Below, piece after piece: positions 1 to 10,779 of a stretch of DNA of 64,000 nt (its first letter is position 1; each line of letters opens with the position of its first letter). The stretch is from the NCBI GenBank assembly GCA_050330515.1, contig JBHJNU010000003.1, positions 15,560-79,559 on the forward strand. The letters are read 5' to 3'. A program made the translations under genes and the position numbers. Under the pieces are notes generated by a model, which worked only from the letters and a program-made list of their open reading frames with translations, did not search any database and was not told the DNA's origin. The stretch comes from Flavobacteriaceae bacterium (GTDB lineage: Bacteria; Bacteroidota; Bacteroidia; Flavobacteriales; Flavobacteriaceae).

Positions 1-801
1 CATTAAAAGTATCCCGATATGAAGTCCGGAAACCGCTAATATATGAACCGCACCTGCATTCTTGTAATTGTCATAGGTAGTTTCTGAGATATCGGCACGT
101 TGACCAAGTAATAGTGCTTGTATGATGCCCAATTCGTCTTGCCCAAAATCGGTTTCCTTAAGTTTAGAACTAATCTTATTTCGGAAAGCGGCCGCCAATC
201 CATAGATGGTAACCGTGCTATATTCTGAAAGCGAATAGTTTTCCTTAGTCAATCGGAGCTCATGGTAGATACCCAAACGGTGCAAATACTTCCGATAATC
301 GAATTGATGTGGGTTCAAGGGAGCCTTTATCTCATCGAGGTGGCCGTATACCAAGAGTTCTTGATCGACTTTCAGATTTAAGTTACTGCTGTCATTTGGG
401 GAGTTTAACATGATTTTACCCGTTGCATGATGACCATCGACTTCGATTAGCATTCCAATATACCTGTTGGTAAAAGCGTTGGGTTTCAGTACCTCTGTTA
501 TCTTGATTCCAAAACCATGGGCCCGCTGAAGATCACTATGCGAATAATGACCTTCCCAATTTTCAGGAAGCCAAAGACTGATGGCTAGAATGCCGATACT
601 TACGGTGGTCGTTAACGTTGCAATACCGAACAAAATAGCATCCCTCTTGACAGATTTTAAGAATAGCCAGCCAAGTAAGCATAGCGAGACCAATGCGGTA
701 AGTAGCGAAAACAGGATGGTGGCCCCTAGATAATTTCCGATCAGGATGCCCACTACCAAAAAGATGGTCAATTTGATGGGTACGAATCGGAGCAACTGCA
801 T
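1..801 (-). CDS. comEC: ComEC/Rec2 family competence protein, N-terminal part (runs off the left edge)
   Basis: Manual translation from the ATG at 801, which overlaps the NlpC stop (TAATG): MQLLRFVPIKLTIFLVVG..., NPHQFDYRKYL, and the ComEC motif GAVHILAVSGLHIG near the edge. Not in the ORF track because it is truncated. Confidence 0.9.
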   Translation of the reverse strand, partial: MQLLRFVPIKLTIFLVVGILIGNYLGATILFSLLTALVSLCLLGWLFLKSVKRDAILFGIATLTTTVSIGILAISLWLPENWEGHYSHSDLQRAHGFGIKITEVLKPNAFTNRYIGMLIEVDGHHATGKIMLNSPNDSSNLNLKVDQELLVYGHLDEIKAPLNPHQFDYRKYLHRLGIYHELRLTKENYSLSEYSTVTIYGLAAAFRNKISSKLKETDFGQDELGIIQALLLGQRADISETTYDNYKNAGAVHILAVSGLHIGILLM

Positions 802-1370
802 TACAGAACCCTTGTGGCCTTTACAAAGGCGGAATTCCAAAAACCCTCGCGCAGCGACGAGACGATAACCCCTCGCGTAGTCGATGCATGAATAAACTTT
901 ATCTCGTCATTTTCTACGGCGACCACCATGCCAACATGGTTGATCCGGCGTGAGCGTTTACTTGTTCTGAAGAAAAGAAGGTCTCCTTTGGTAACTTTCT
1001 TAATTTTTATTTCCATGCCTTCTTCCGCCATTTCATAAGATACTCTAGGTAATTTCACATCGTGTTCGCCGAACGCTACATATAAGAGGCCTGAGCAATC
1101 CATGCCTTTTTTAGTGGTACCACCGTATTTATACCGGGTTCCGGAAAAGGTCAGTGCGGTATTGATGATATCGTTGGCAAGTGAATAGATGTCATTTGGT
1201 ACAGCGGGTTCAATCGGTCTAATTTCCTCTAAAGTTCTAGGGTCTGAAGCTTCTACGGTAACCGTTCTTGTTTTACTGTAAGATTTGCTATCGCTATAAG
1301 TTGTCTTCTTTTTGACGGCTCCGCAACCAACAACAAGCATAGCAAGAATAAGGTAGCGGAGTTTTTGCAT
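801..1370 (-). CDS. NlpC/P60 (C40) cell-wall peptidase, lipoprotein
   Basis: Motifs GMDCSGL, INHVG and FIHAS; lipobox LVVGC. Probable start is the Met at 1370 (track start 1403). Confidence 0.92.
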   Translation of the reverse strand: MQKLRYLILAMLVVGCGAVKKKTTYSDSKSYSKTRTVTVEASDPRTLEEIRPIEPAVPNDIYSLANDIINTALTFSGTRYKYGGTTKKGMDCSGLLYVAFGEHDVKLPRVSYEMAEEGMEIKIKKVTKGDLLFFRTSKRSRRINHVGMVVAVENDEIKFIHASTTRGVIVSSLREGFWNSAFVKATRVL

Positions 1371-1472
1371 TTTCAAGAAGTGTTTGCGGTTCTTGAAGTT
1401 CAAAATTAAAGAAATAATTCAAACATTGATCCCATGTATAGGTACAGGGCGATCATTGTTGGCTTTTTTGTT

Positions 1473-2585
1473 TTAAATAGAGGCATAAATCAATGCCGCT
1501 GTTTTATCGCTGGCACCGGCGCCACCCAGTTTTTTTTCTAGCTCGTCATAGGCCAGTAATTGGCTATTTCGGGCAGGTCCCTTTAAAATTTTGTTGAGCT
1601 CGGTTTTCAACTTCATGGGGGTAAGGTCATTTTGAATCAACTCTTTTACCACTTCTTTTTTCATTATCAAATTGACCAAAGAAATATAATCGAGGGTTAT
1701 GATACGTTTTGCAATTTGATATGATAGCCAATTGGCCTTATAGCATACCACCTGCGGTACGTTGAACAAGGCTGTTTCTAAGGTAGCCGTGCCGCTGGTA
1801 ACAAGCGCTGCGTGTGCCACGCTCAAAAGGTCGTAGGTCTTGTTGGTGACAAAACCCACATTACGGGTAGTAAGAAATTGAGTGTAGAAATCACGGTCTA
1901 GACTAGGGGCGCCTGCAATAATGAACTCATGGTCGGGAAAATCGTTAATTACCGATAACATTATCGAGAGCATTTTTTGAACCTCCTGTTTTCGACTGCC
2001 CGGTAGTAAGGCTATAATGGGTTTGTCATGGCTTATATTATTTTCCTGTCTGAACGCGGTGCCGTCGATTTCCGAACGGTTACCGATGGCATCGATCAAG
2101 GGATGCCCGACAAAATGCACCGGAAAATGGTGTTTTTGTTCATAAAATTCTTTTTCAAACGGGAGTATAACATACATCATATCGATATCGCGTTTGATTT
2201 TTTCAATGCGACCTTCTCGCGATGCCCAAATCTGTGGGGCTATATAGTAACTCGTTTTGAACTTTTTTGCTTTGGCCCATTTGGCAATTCGTAAATTGAA
2301 ACCGGAGTAATCGATAAAGATGATAATATCAGGATCGAACGATGCAATATCGGTCTTGCAGAATGCAATGTTCTTGAAAACGGCGCTAATGTTGGTCGCT
2401 ACCTCAAGGAACCCCATAAAGGCAATCTCTTTATAGTGCTTTACAAGGTCTCCTCCCTCATTGCGCATTAAATCGCCTCCCCAGCAGCGTATATGGGCCT
2501 GGGCATCTTTCAACTTAAGCGCCTTGATGAGGTTGGATCCATGTAGATCACCCGATGCCTCACCTGCTATGATATAGTATTTCAT
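1473..2585 (-). CDS. lpxB: Lipid-A-disaccharide synthase
   Basis: AGEASGDLHG, IDYSGFNLR, LLPGSRKQE and SGTATLE motifs. Confidence 0.97.
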   Translation of the reverse strand: MKYYIIAGEASGDLHGSNLIKALKLKDAQAHIRCWGGDLMRNEGGDLVKHYKEIAFMGFLEVATNISAVFKNIAFCKTDIASFDPDIIIFIDYSGFNLRIAKWAKAKKFKTSYYIAPQIWASREGRIEKIKRDIDMMYVILPFEKEFYEQKHHFPVHFVGHPLIDAIGNRSEIDGTAFRQENNISHDKPIIALLPGSRKQEVQKMLSIMLSVINDFPDHEFIIAGAPSLDRDFYTQFLTTRNVGFVTNKTYDLLSVAHAALVTSGTATLETALFNVPQVVCYKANWLSYQIAKRIITLDYISLVNLIMKKEVVKELIQNDLTPMKLKTELNKILKGPARNSQLLAYDELEKKLGGAGASDKTAALIYASI

Positions 2586-2684
2586 TAAAAAAATTCAAAG
2601 TGCCCTTATCGAAATCAAATTGTTGATTCCTCAACGTAGCGAATTCTATAAACTGTTTTGCACCAACTTTTAAGAAGTAGGCCG

Positions 2685-2966
2685 CTAAAAAACCTTATAG
2701 TACAAAATGATCAAGGCGGTAATTAATGTTGCTATAAGTACCCCCTTTGCCCTATGATCCCTTCGAATTCGCAAGAACAAGAAAAAGGCAAGCAAGTTTA
2801 AAATGGCACCCAAGGCCAGCAGACTGCCTACATGCCCTTGTTGTACCGCTACGTTGAAGGTGTCTTTGATCCCTAAACTTGAAAAAAGTAAAATGTATAA
2901 AAGTGTTCCTAAGGTATTGGCAATGATACCCACCAAAAACCCGATGATAAGTTCTTTTTTATGCAT
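2685..2966 (-). CDS. Small membrane protein of unknown function (about 3 TM helices)
   Basis: Hydrophobic 93-aa ORF overlapping the surE stop, co-oriented between surE and lpxB. Confidence 0.8.
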   Translation of the reverse strand: MHKKELIIGFLVGIIANTLGTLLYILLFSSLGIKDTFNVAVQQGHVGSLLALGAILNLLAFFLFLRIRRDHRAKGVLIATLITALIILYYKVF

Positions 2967-3738
2967 GCAGATTCCAATTATTTATATGTTGTATGGCATG
3001 GTGCGCCGTTAAATCGAATTGTGTGGGCACAATGGAAATGTAGCCGTTGGCCAAGGCCCATTCATCGGTATCCTCACCCTTGTCCAGAAGCTCAAACTCT
3101 CCGGTCAACCAATAATAATCTTTACCCATTGGATTGGTTCGCTTATCGAACTTCTCTTTCCAATTGGCTCTTGCCTGGCGACAAACTTTTATCCCTTTGA
3201 TCTCTCTTTCTGACAGTTTGGGTATGTTGACATTGAGTACGACCCCTTGCGACATGCCATTGGCAATAGCTTCCTTTACAATTTTTTTGATGCTTTCCCC
3301 TGCCTGGTCAAAGTCGGCATGCCATGAATAATCGCATAAGGAGAACCCTATGGCGGGTACTCCTTCAATTCCGGCCTCAATTGCAGCGCTCATAGTACCG
3401 GAGTAGATGACATTGATCGACGAATTTGACCCATGGTTTATTCCACTGACACAAATATCCGGTTTTCTGTCCAAAAGTTCTTGTAATGCCAGTTTAACAC
3501 AGTCGGCCGGGGTACCGCTACAGCTATATTCCTGTTGTGCGCCATGGATGAGATCTGGGGCCATTTTTTTTACAAATAGGGTACTGTCAATAGTAATCGC
3601 ATGACCCATTCCCGATTGAGGACTATCAGGGGCTACAACAATAACATCGCCTATTTCCTTCATAAACCGAACCAAGGCACGAAGGCCTGGAGCGGTAATT
3701 CCGTCATCATTGGTGACCAAGATCAAGGGTTTTGACAT
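2959..3738 (-). CDS. surE: 5'/3'-nucleotidase SurE
   Basis: LVTNDDG, SGMGHAIT, SGTPADCV, SGINHGSN and YSGTMSAA motifs. Start reassigned to MSKP at 3738. Confidence 0.96.
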   Translation of the reverse strand: MSKPLILVTNDDGITAPGLRALVRFMKEIGDVIVVAPDSPQSGMGHAITIDSTLFVKKMAPDLIHGAQQEYSCSGTPADCVKLALQELLDRKPDICVSGINHGSNSSINVIYSGTMSAAIEAGIEGVPAIGFSLCDYSWHADFDQAGESIKKIVKEAIANGMSQGVVLNVNIPKLSEREIKGIKVCRQARANWKEKFDKRTNPMGKDYYWLTGEFELLDKGEDTDEWALANGYISIVPTQFDLTAHHAIQHINNWNLHA

Positions 3739-3907
3739 TTGATATAATTTATGTTGTAAAAATACGTTTTTAATGAAGATATCGCCCCTGGTCTCATTTA
3801 ACGAAAAAATATGTATTTGGTCTATGTACTGGCATGGTTTTTTCAGTACCTTAGGGAAGTACATTGAAAATCAAACTTAAATTGGTCTTCTTGGCCAAAA
3901 AGATAAA

Positions 3908-6079
3908 ATGATATACATGAAGAAGAATTTAACTTTTGTGCTATTTGGAATGCTGGTTGCCGTTGCATCTTGCAGTTTTACGAACAAATCTTTTGAGAAC
4001 GATGATAAAGACAAGTTGTTGCTGGATCTAATAACTTACGTACTCAACAAGGGGCATTATGAGCCCAAAGTGATCAATGACGATTTTTCGGTAAGTGTTT
4101 TCGAAGATTTTATCGACGAACTCGACCCAACAAAACGCTATTTTCTAGAATCGGATATCAAGGAATTCGAACAGCAGAAGTTTCAGATCGATGATCAGAT
4201 AAAGAACACTGATATTACCTTTTTCAACATGGTCTATGATCGGTTGATGAAGCGCATTGACGAGGCAAAGGTAATCTACAAGGAAGTCTTGGAACAACCC
4301 TTCGACTTCAATAAAGATGAAGAAATAAGTATAGAGTATAAAGAAGTGCCCTTTGCGGCATCAAGGCAAGAACTTAAAGAGCGATGGAGACAACAGTTGA
4401 AATATGCTACCTTGAACACCTATGATTCAAAGCTTACGAGTGGCCATGTTCATTCACCTGATGAGGATCCAGACTTTCATGAAAATGATATTGCAGCTGA
4501 AGAAGATGAACCAATGGCACCAAAAGAAGCCGAAATATCAGCTAGGCAATCTACAAGAAAGACCTTGGACGAATATTTTGATTTCATAGCCGATGTTGAG
4601 CGAAAAGATTGGTTCGTTCAGTACATCAATACTATCGTAGATGAATTCGACCCGCATACCTTTTACTTCGCACCAGAGGAGAAAGAAAAATTCGATACCA
4701 GTATGTCTGGCAAATTCGAGGGTATCGGAGCACGTTTGCAGAAAAAAAATGAAGGGGCCATGATCATGGATATAATTTCCGGTGGACCCGTATGGCGAGA
4801 TGCCCGTATAGAAGTTGGCGATATTATTGTCAAGGTGGCGCAAAAAGGCGAAGAACCGATCGACATCGTAGGCATGCGACTTGATGATGCCATCAAAATG
4901 ATCAAAGGTCCAGCAAGTACGGTTGTTGAATTGACCGTGCGTAAAATAGACGGATCCATCGATGTGGTTTCGTTGACTAGAGACGTGGTTGAATTGGAGG
5001 AGTCTTTTGCGAAGTCGGCCAATATCATTAAGGAAGACAAAAAGTATGGACTCATTAATCTACCTAAATTCTATGTGGATTTTGAAGATTACGGAGAACG
5101 AAATTGTGCAACTGATGTAGCGAAAGAAGTGGAGCGCCTAAAACAAGAGGGTGCAGAAGGACTCATTTTAGACCTACGTGATAACGGTGGTGGTTCATTA
5201 AAGACTGTGGTTGAAATGGCTGGACTTTTCATTAAGGACGGGCCCATTGTTCAGGTACAATCTGCCGGTAAATCTAAAGAAGTATACGAAGATAAAGATG
5301 AACGCAGACAATGGGATGGGCCATTGGTAATCTTGGTCAATGAACTTTCTGCATCGGCTTCAGAGATTTTGGCGGCGGCCATGCAAGACTATAAGAGGGC
5401 CATAGTAATAGGAAGTAAACAGACATTCGGTAAAGGTACCGTTCAAAATGTGTTGGATCTAGGGAATATTGTGCGAAGCAACGAGCATGGTGATTTAGGC
5501 GCCATCAAACTGACTACGCAAAAATTCTACCGTATCAATGGAGGCTCTACACAACTTGAAGGGGTTAAAAGTGATGTGGTCGTGCCAGATAAGTATAGTT
5601 ATATAGAGATAGGTGAGCGAGATCAGGCGAACCCTTTGAAATGGGATAAAATTTCCCCCGCGGATTATGACCTATGGGATGGATATATTGATTATGAGCA
5701 AACCCTTGCCAATAGTAAGGCAAGAATGGCCAATAATCCGCAAATAAAGTTAATTGAGGAAAATGCCAGATGGTTGAAATCGCAGCAAGATGAGCATGTT
5801 ATTTCGTTGAGTTATCAAGATTATATAACTGAAAAGGCAAAGGTCAAAGAAAAGTCGGACTATTTCAAAAAACTGTTTGATTACGATTCTAAATTGACCT
5901 TCGAATCTTTAAAATATGAGCGGGAACTTTTTACCCAAGATACGGTTCTTCGTGAAAAAAGAGATCGCTGGCACAAAGACCTGGCCAAAGACGTTTATGT
6001 AGAGGAAGCGGTAAACGTACTGCAAGACTTGAAGACGAACAATATCAGGCAAGCCAAGCTGGCTAGTGTGAAAGGCTAG
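3908..6079 (+). CDS. prc: Carboxy-terminal processing protease (S41A, Prc/Tsp) with PDZ domain
   Basis: FEGIGA (PDZ), LDLRDNGGGSL, SASASEI (catalytic Ser) and FGKGTVQ (catalytic Lys). Confidence 0.95.
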   Translation: MIYMKKNLTFVLFGMLVAVASCSFTNKSFENDDKDKLLLDLITYVLNKGHYEPKVINDDFSVSVFEDFIDELDPTKRYFLESDIKEFEQQKFQIDDQIKNTDITFFNMVYDRLMKRIDEAKVIYKEVLEQPFDFNKDEEISIEYKEVPFAASRQELKERWRQQLKYATLNTYDSKLTSGHVHSPDEDPDFHENDIAAEEDEPMAPKEAEISARQSTRKTLDEYFDFIADVERKDWFVQYINTIVDEFDPHTFYFAPEEKEKFDTSMSGKFEGIGARLQKKNEGAMIMDIISGGPVWRDARIEVGDIIVKVAQKGEEPIDIVGMRLDDAIKMIKGPASTVVELTVRKIDGSIDVVSLTRDVVELEESFAKSANIIKEDKKYGLINLPKFYVDFEDYGERNCATDVAKEVERLKQEGAEGLILDLRDNGGGSLKTVVEMAGLFIKDGPIVQVQSAGKSKEVYEDKDERRQWDGPLVILVNELSASASEILAAAMQDYKRAIVIGSKQTFGKGTVQNVLDLGNIVRSNEHGDLGAIKLTTQKFYRINGGSTQLEGVKSDVVVPDKYSYIEIGERDQANPLKWDKISPADYDLWDGYIDYEQTLANSKARMANNPQIKLIEENARWLKSQQDEHVISLSYQDYITEKAKVKEKSDYFKKLFDYDSKLTFESLKYERELFTQDTVLREKRDRWHKDLAKDVYVEEAVNVLQDLKTNNIRQAKLASVKG

Positions 6080-6103
6080 ATAAAAAGGAAGTAGTTTATA
6101 TAG

Positions 6104-6130
6104 AAAACCTGCCAAGCGGCGGGTTTTTTT
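6104..6130 (+). terminator. Intrinsic terminator after prc
   Basis: AAAACCTGCC-AAGC-GGCGGGTTTT hairpin followed by a T-run. Confidence 0.8.
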
Positions 6131-6212
6131 ATTTTCGCCGGCATTCTTTGGTGCTGGTCCTTGAATTTTTGTAAAGTTGATTTGTTTGCAAAATTGTCGC
6201 ACCTAATTATGT

Positions 6213-6220
6213 TAAATTTG
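6213..6220 (+). promoter_or_regulatory. Bacteroidota housekeeping-sigma -7 element (TAAATTTG) for the endonuclease gene
   Basis: Matches TAnnTTTG, 4 nt before the ATG at 6225. Confidence 0.6.
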
Positions 6221-6224
6221 CGGT

Positions 6225-7046
6225 ATGGCACAGTTGAACTTTTTTTATAAGAACAAGTCGGTTTACGGTATTTTACTTCTGGTTTGCGTTTTGGGCTTCT
6301 GGTTGTTCGAAAATTTTTATACCCCTGATGCCTATACCATTTCAGACGACGAGGTTATTAAGACACCGGTTCCCTCTTTTATAGTGCCCTCTTCAACGGC
6401 CGGGCAGTTAGTGCAACACCATAATTTTATGCTTTCTTATAATGAGAACTTCGAGCAGGCCGAATGGGTTGCCTATGTTTTAAAAAAAAGCCACCTGACC
6501 TCAGATGACCGCAAAAGACCTTACTTCATTGAAGATCCAAAAGTGAAGACCAAATCTGCCGACTGGCGAAATTACAAAGGTTCAGGTTATGACCGCGGAC
6601 ATCTTTGCCCTGCAGGTGATCGGAGATTTTCAGAACAGGCCTATAACGAAACCTTCTATACTAGTAATATAACGCCTCAGAACAAAGATTTCAACGCCGG
6701 CGTTTGGAACCGGTTAGAGATGAAAGTGCGTCAATGGGCAAAACAGCATGGAGAGGTCTTTGTTATAACCGCAGGAGTTCTTGAGCCGGGCTTGGAAGAA
6801 ATTGGCGACGAAGATGTAGCGGTACCGAGGCAGTATTATAAAATAGTTGCAAGGGGAAAGGCTGAAAACCTCAAAGTGCTTGGGTTTCTAATGGATGGAA
6901 AAGAGAGCTCAAAACCGCTGGACGAATTTACCGTCGCTGTTGACCGCATTGAAGAACGCACGGGCATCGATTTTTTTTCAGAACTACCGGATAGTGTAGA
7001 GAAAAAACTGGAAAGCGCCAATAATAGGTCTGCATGGATGTTTTAG
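6225..7046 (+). CDS. DNA/RNA non-specific endonuclease (NucA/Serratia type) with N-terminal membrane anchor
   Basis: YDRGHLCPAGD active-site motif; NITPQ and FNAGVWNRLE. Confidence 0.95.
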   Translation: MAQLNFFYKNKSVYGILLLVCVLGFWLFENFYTPDAYTISDDEVIKTPVPSFIVPSSTAGQLVQHHNFMLSYNENFEQAEWVAYVLKKSHLTSDDRKRPYFIEDPKVKTKSADWRNYKGSGYDRGHLCPAGDRRFSEQAYNETFYTSNITPQNKDFNAGVWNRLEMKVRQWAKQHGEVFVITAGVLEPGLEEIGDEDVAVPRQYYKIVARGKAENLKVLGFLMDGKESSKPLDEFTVAVDRIEERTGIDFFSELPDSVEKKLESANNRSAWMF

Positions 7047-7074
7047 TGTTCAGGCTGAAACTTGGAACCTCATC

Positions 7075-8358
7075 TTAGATTCCCTCCTTTAATCTGTTCG
7101 AATCGAGTTTCAAAAATATAAAGAGCAAAGCTGTAAAACCAAGCATACTCGAACCTCCATAACTTGAAAAGGGCAGGGGTATACCAATGGTAGGAAGTAA
7201 CCCGATCACCATGCCGATATTGATAAAATAGTGAACGAAAAGAATCGAGATTACCCCATAACCGTACATTCTACTGAACGGATTCTTTTGACGCTCCGCC
7301 AAATAGACCAATCTTAAAAGTAGCAGCGTGAAAAGTACAATTACCGTGGTTGCGCCAACAAAGCCCCATTCTTCACCTATGGTGGTGAAAATGTAATCAG
7401 AATGTTGTTCGGGCACAAAATCGCCCTTGGTTCGTGTGCCTTCTAAAAAGCCCTTTCCAAAAAATCCGCCTGATTCTATAGCCTTTTCCGATTGATAGGT
7501 ATTGTAACCAATAGTTTTTCGAATTTCCTCTAATTTGGAGGGGTCCTTCTCTAACCTTAGCCATAGGCTAAAGCGGTCACGGTGCCTTTGCTCAAAGACA
7601 TTATTGAATAAAAAATTTACGGATAGGGAGAACAATATGGTAACAACGGCCATGAAGACCAAAGGGAGCATGGGAATCTTAAAGGTCTTTTTTTTGAACA
7701 AGGCCAAAAGTGCAAGAAGAAGTGAAACCACAATGCTTACCCATATGGTGCCGAATACCAAGGTCATTACAAATACGACTATGGCCAGAAGAACTATCAC
7801 AAGGTAATAGAGGGGAAGGCCCTCTCTAAAGAAAACGAAGGCCATTGCAAAAAAAACAAGGGCACTTCCCGGATCGGGCTGGGGCACGATCAAAATGGCA
7901 GGAATAAGCAGTAACAAGAAAGCGTACATCTGATCTTTTTTGCGTCTAATATCGGTTTGAATATCGCTCAGGTATTTAGCCAGGGCCAGGGCTGTGGCTA
8001 CCTTTGCGAATTCGGAAGGCTGCAGGTTGAAAAAGCCCAGGTCGTACCAAGAGGTTGCACCGGCTATAGTTTTGCCAAACACGAACAGCCCCAGCAATAG
8101 CACAATGGAGATAACGTACATCACGCTTGAAAAGCGTTCGTAAAAGCTTGCCTCCAGGGCTAAAATAACAATGATTGATAAACAACTTGTAACGATAAAG
8201 AAGAACTGTTTACCGTGCAACGTACTAAAATCAAAAATGGAGACGGACTCATCGGTAAAGGTACTTGAGTAAATGTTCACCCAACCAATGGTGATCAATG
8301 CTAGGTAGAAAAGAACAGATAGCCAATCTATACGTCTGAGAGTACTCTTGCCGGCCAT
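7075..8358 (-). CDS. rodA: Rod shape-determining SEDS protein RodA
   Basis: LQPSEFAK, QPDPGSA, VPEQHSDYIF, IGEEWG and SYGGSS motifs; last gene of the mre operon. Confidence 0.96.
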   Translation of the reverse strand: MAGKSTLRRIDWLSVLFYLALITIGWVNIYSSTFTDESVSIFDFSTLHGKQFFFIVTSCLSIIVILALEASFYERFSSVMYVISIVLLLGLFVFGKTIAGATSWYDLGFFNLQPSEFAKVATALALAKYLSDIQTDIRRKKDQMYAFLLLLIPAILIVPQPDPGSALVFFAMAFVFFREGLPLYYLVIVLLAIVVFVMTLVFGTIWVSIVVSLLLALLALFKKKTFKIPMLPLVFMAVVTILFSLSVNFLFNNVFEQRHRDRFSLWLRLEKDPSKLEEIRKTIGYNTYQSEKAIESGGFFGKGFLEGTRTKGDFVPEQHSDYIFTTIGEEWGFVGATTVIVLFTLLLLRLVYLAERQKNPFSRMYGYGVISILFVHYFINIGMVIGLLPTIGIPLPFSSYGGSSMLGFTALLFIFLKLDSNRLKEGI

Positions 8359-8359
8359 A

Positions 8360-10273
8360 CTAGTTAGCTTTAACGGTATCCGGTGCAGGCTTTACGGCAT
8401 GCTGGCTCCAGTCCCTTTCATTTATTTTGAATGGCATTCCACTGTAGGGTTTTGCATACTCGGCCTCCAATGTTCTTTCGAGCATGCGCTTTTCCAAATC
8501 TTTTCGCGTAATTTCTCGTTTGATATATTTTTCAATGAGCAGTGAGGCAATATGCCCGGCATAACGGCCACCGAAATAGCCGTTCTGAATGTAGACGGCG
8601 ATGGCAATTTTAGGATTATCGACCGGTGCAAAGGCAATGAATACCGAGTTATCTGTCAATTGGGTTCGAACGCTATCGATCACCATGAAGTTTTCTACAG
8701 TACCTGTTTTACCTGCAATGTCTATATCGGGTATTTGAACGTTTACCGCGGTTCCTTTTTTATAAACGTCGGCCATACCCTGAATTACGGGGTCAAAATG
8801 TTCCTTCGCGATGGTAGTGTACTTCGGTTCAGTAAATGCAGGGTTGGTTATATCCTTTCCTTCTACCTTTTTTAGGATATGTGGCGTAATGAAATAGCCC
8901 CGATTCGCTATGGCCGCGGTCATATTTGCTAATTGCAATGGGGTGACATTGACCTCACCTTGTCCTATTGCATTCGAATAGGTAGTGGTTGCGTTCCATC
9001 TATTTTCACCGTACCATTTGTCATAGAACGCCTTGTCGGGAATACTTCCGCGCCTACCCGTATGAAGGTCAGAACCCAAATATCCACCTAGGCCGAAACT
9101 TTTCAAGTGGTTTGCCCATACATCCATACCCTCGCCCGGTGTGTCGAAATGGTCAATTATTTTTTTGTAAGTACTCACAAAATAAGCATTGCATGAATTG
9201 AATATGCCCGTGTTCAGATTTCTTGTTCCGCCGCCACAATGGCATCCTTTCTTGTTTCTTCCAATGTAAAACCCACCAAAGCATGATACTGTCGAAGTAG
9301 GGGTAATAGCGCCTTCTTGCAGTGCTATAAGTGCATTTAGGGTCTTAAAGGGCGAGCCTGGGCTCTTTTCAAATGAAATCGTACGGTCGAAGGTCGGTTT
9401 CGCAACCGAATCGTTGTGCAATTTTGTATAGTTTGCCGATCGCTGCCTACCTACCAAAAGTGATGGGTCGTACGTCGGACCAGAAATCATGGTCAAGATC
9501 TCTCCTGATGATGGCTCTATGGCAACAATGCCACCCCACTTGCCGTGCATCAGCAGTTCGCCATATTCTTGTAGTTCTTTGTCTATGGTAAGGTGAATTT
9601 CTTTTCCTTGCTCAGGTTGCACGTCTAGAATGCCATCCTTATACTTGCCAATATCTCTATTGAATCTATCTTTCTGAATATATTGTACGCCTTTGATACC
9701 TCTAAGGGTGTCCTCGTACACTTTTTCGACTCCGGTTCGCCCGGTTAGTTCGCCTTGCACATAATAGGGGTTTTTGGCCAGGTCTGCATCGTTTACTTCA
9801 CTGATGTATCCTAAAACGTTGGCGCCACTGTTGGTATCATAATATCGTAATGACCTCTTTTGAATATAGAACCCTTCAAAATGGCGCATTTTTTCTTGAA
9901 GTCTCGCATAATCTTCTTTTGATAATTGTGGAACGAGAACCGATGGCAGTCTAGGGGAATAGATTCGAGCCTTTCGCAGTTCTTTAACGAACTTTTCTTT
10001 ATCAATGTTCAAAAGGGCACAGAATTCAAGGGTGTCTAAGGGCTTCACCTCCCGGGGAATTACCATCACGTCATAGGCCGGATCGTTGCCCACGAGTAAT
10101 TTGCCATATCTGTCAAAGATATAGCCCCTTTCCGGGTAATCATAGATGGGTTTGATAGCGGGATCCTCCAATACCTGATCCGGGGAAAAACTGAAAACCT
10201 GCAGGTAGCTCAACCTGCCGATAAACGTTATCCCAATGATAATGATAATGGACGATAATAATATTTTCTTCAT
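8360..10273 (-). CDS. mrdA: Penicillin-binding protein 2
   Basis: PGSPFK (SxxK), SCN (SxN) and KTG motifs; lies between mreD and rodA. Confidence 0.96.
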   Translation of the reverse strand: MKKILLSSIIIIIGITFIGRLSYLQVFSFSPDQVLEDPAIKPIYDYPERGYIFDRYGKLLVGNDPAYDVMVIPREVKPLDTLEFCALLNIDKEKFVKELRKARIYSPRLPSVLVPQLSKEDYARLQEKMRHFEGFYIQKRSLRYYDTNSGANVLGYISEVNDADLAKNPYYVQGELTGRTGVEKVYEDTLRGIKGVQYIQKDRFNRDIGKYKDGILDVQPEQGKEIHLTIDKELQEYGELLMHGKWGGIVAIEPSSGEILTMISGPTYDPSLLVGRQRSANYTKLHNDSVAKPTFDRTISFEKSPGSPFKTLNALIALQEGAITPTSTVSCFGGFYIGRNKKGCHCGGGTRNLNTGIFNSCNAYFVSTYKKIIDHFDTPGEGMDVWANHLKSFGLGGYLGSDLHTGRRGSIPDKAFYDKWYGENRWNATTTYSNAIGQGEVNVTPLQLANMTAAIANRGYFITPHILKKVEGKDITNPAFTEPKYTTIAKEHFDPVIQGMADVYKKGTAVNVQIPDIDIAGKTGTVENFMVIDSVRTQLTDNSVFIAFAPVDNPKIAIAVYIQNGYFGGRYAGHIASLLIEKYIKREITRKDLEKRMLERTLEAEYAKPYSGMPFKINERDWSQHAVKPAPDTVKAN

Positions 10274-10779
10274 TCTTTCGAAACACTAAAAAGTGAACTG
10301 AACAACAAACAGAGTACTAAAGTGGCCATACCTATGGCTATAACCTTTTTTATAATTAAGAGAAGATTGCCCCAGCTAAAGATCTCTAAGGTAAAGAAAA
10401 CCATGTGGTGTACTATAATCAATAACGCTAAAAACGTGAATTGTTGTACCCAAGTGGCATTACCTAGTTTAAAACTTTGAAACTCGTAGTTCACACCAAA
10501 AACAAAGCGCATTATTGCCGGCCGTAAATAGGCGATCGTTACCGTGGCGGCTGCATTAAGGGCCATGGAATCGGAGAAAAAATCAACAAACAGGCCCAAG
10601 AAGAAACTAAGGCCGATGAATACGGCCCTGTTCTGTTTGGCTGGATACCAATATAGAAATAGAATGTAGACCATTGGGTTGATGAAACCGAAAAAATTCA
10701 GTCTATTGAACACCAATACCTGGACTAAGACCAACAGGGCAAAGCGGACGATATTTATGATGTAGTAGTTACTGAACAT
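10270..10779 (-). CDS. mreD: Rod shape-determining protein MreD
   Basis: Polytopic membrane ORF between mreC and mrdA. Confidence 0.88.
   Translation of the reverse strand: MFSNYYIINIVRFALLVLVQVLVFNRLNFFGFINPMVYILFLYWYPAKQNRAVFIGLSFFLGLFVDFFSDSMALNAAATVTIAYLRPAIMRFVFGVNYEFQSFKLGNATWVQQFTFLALLIIVHHMVFFTLEIFSWGNLLLIIKKVIAIGMATLVLCLLFSSLFSVSKE

Noticed and set aside
1-7046. comEC plus the non-specific nuclease as a competence island
   Set aside because: They are separated by lpxB, surE and prc, lie on opposite strands, and no other competence genes are present.
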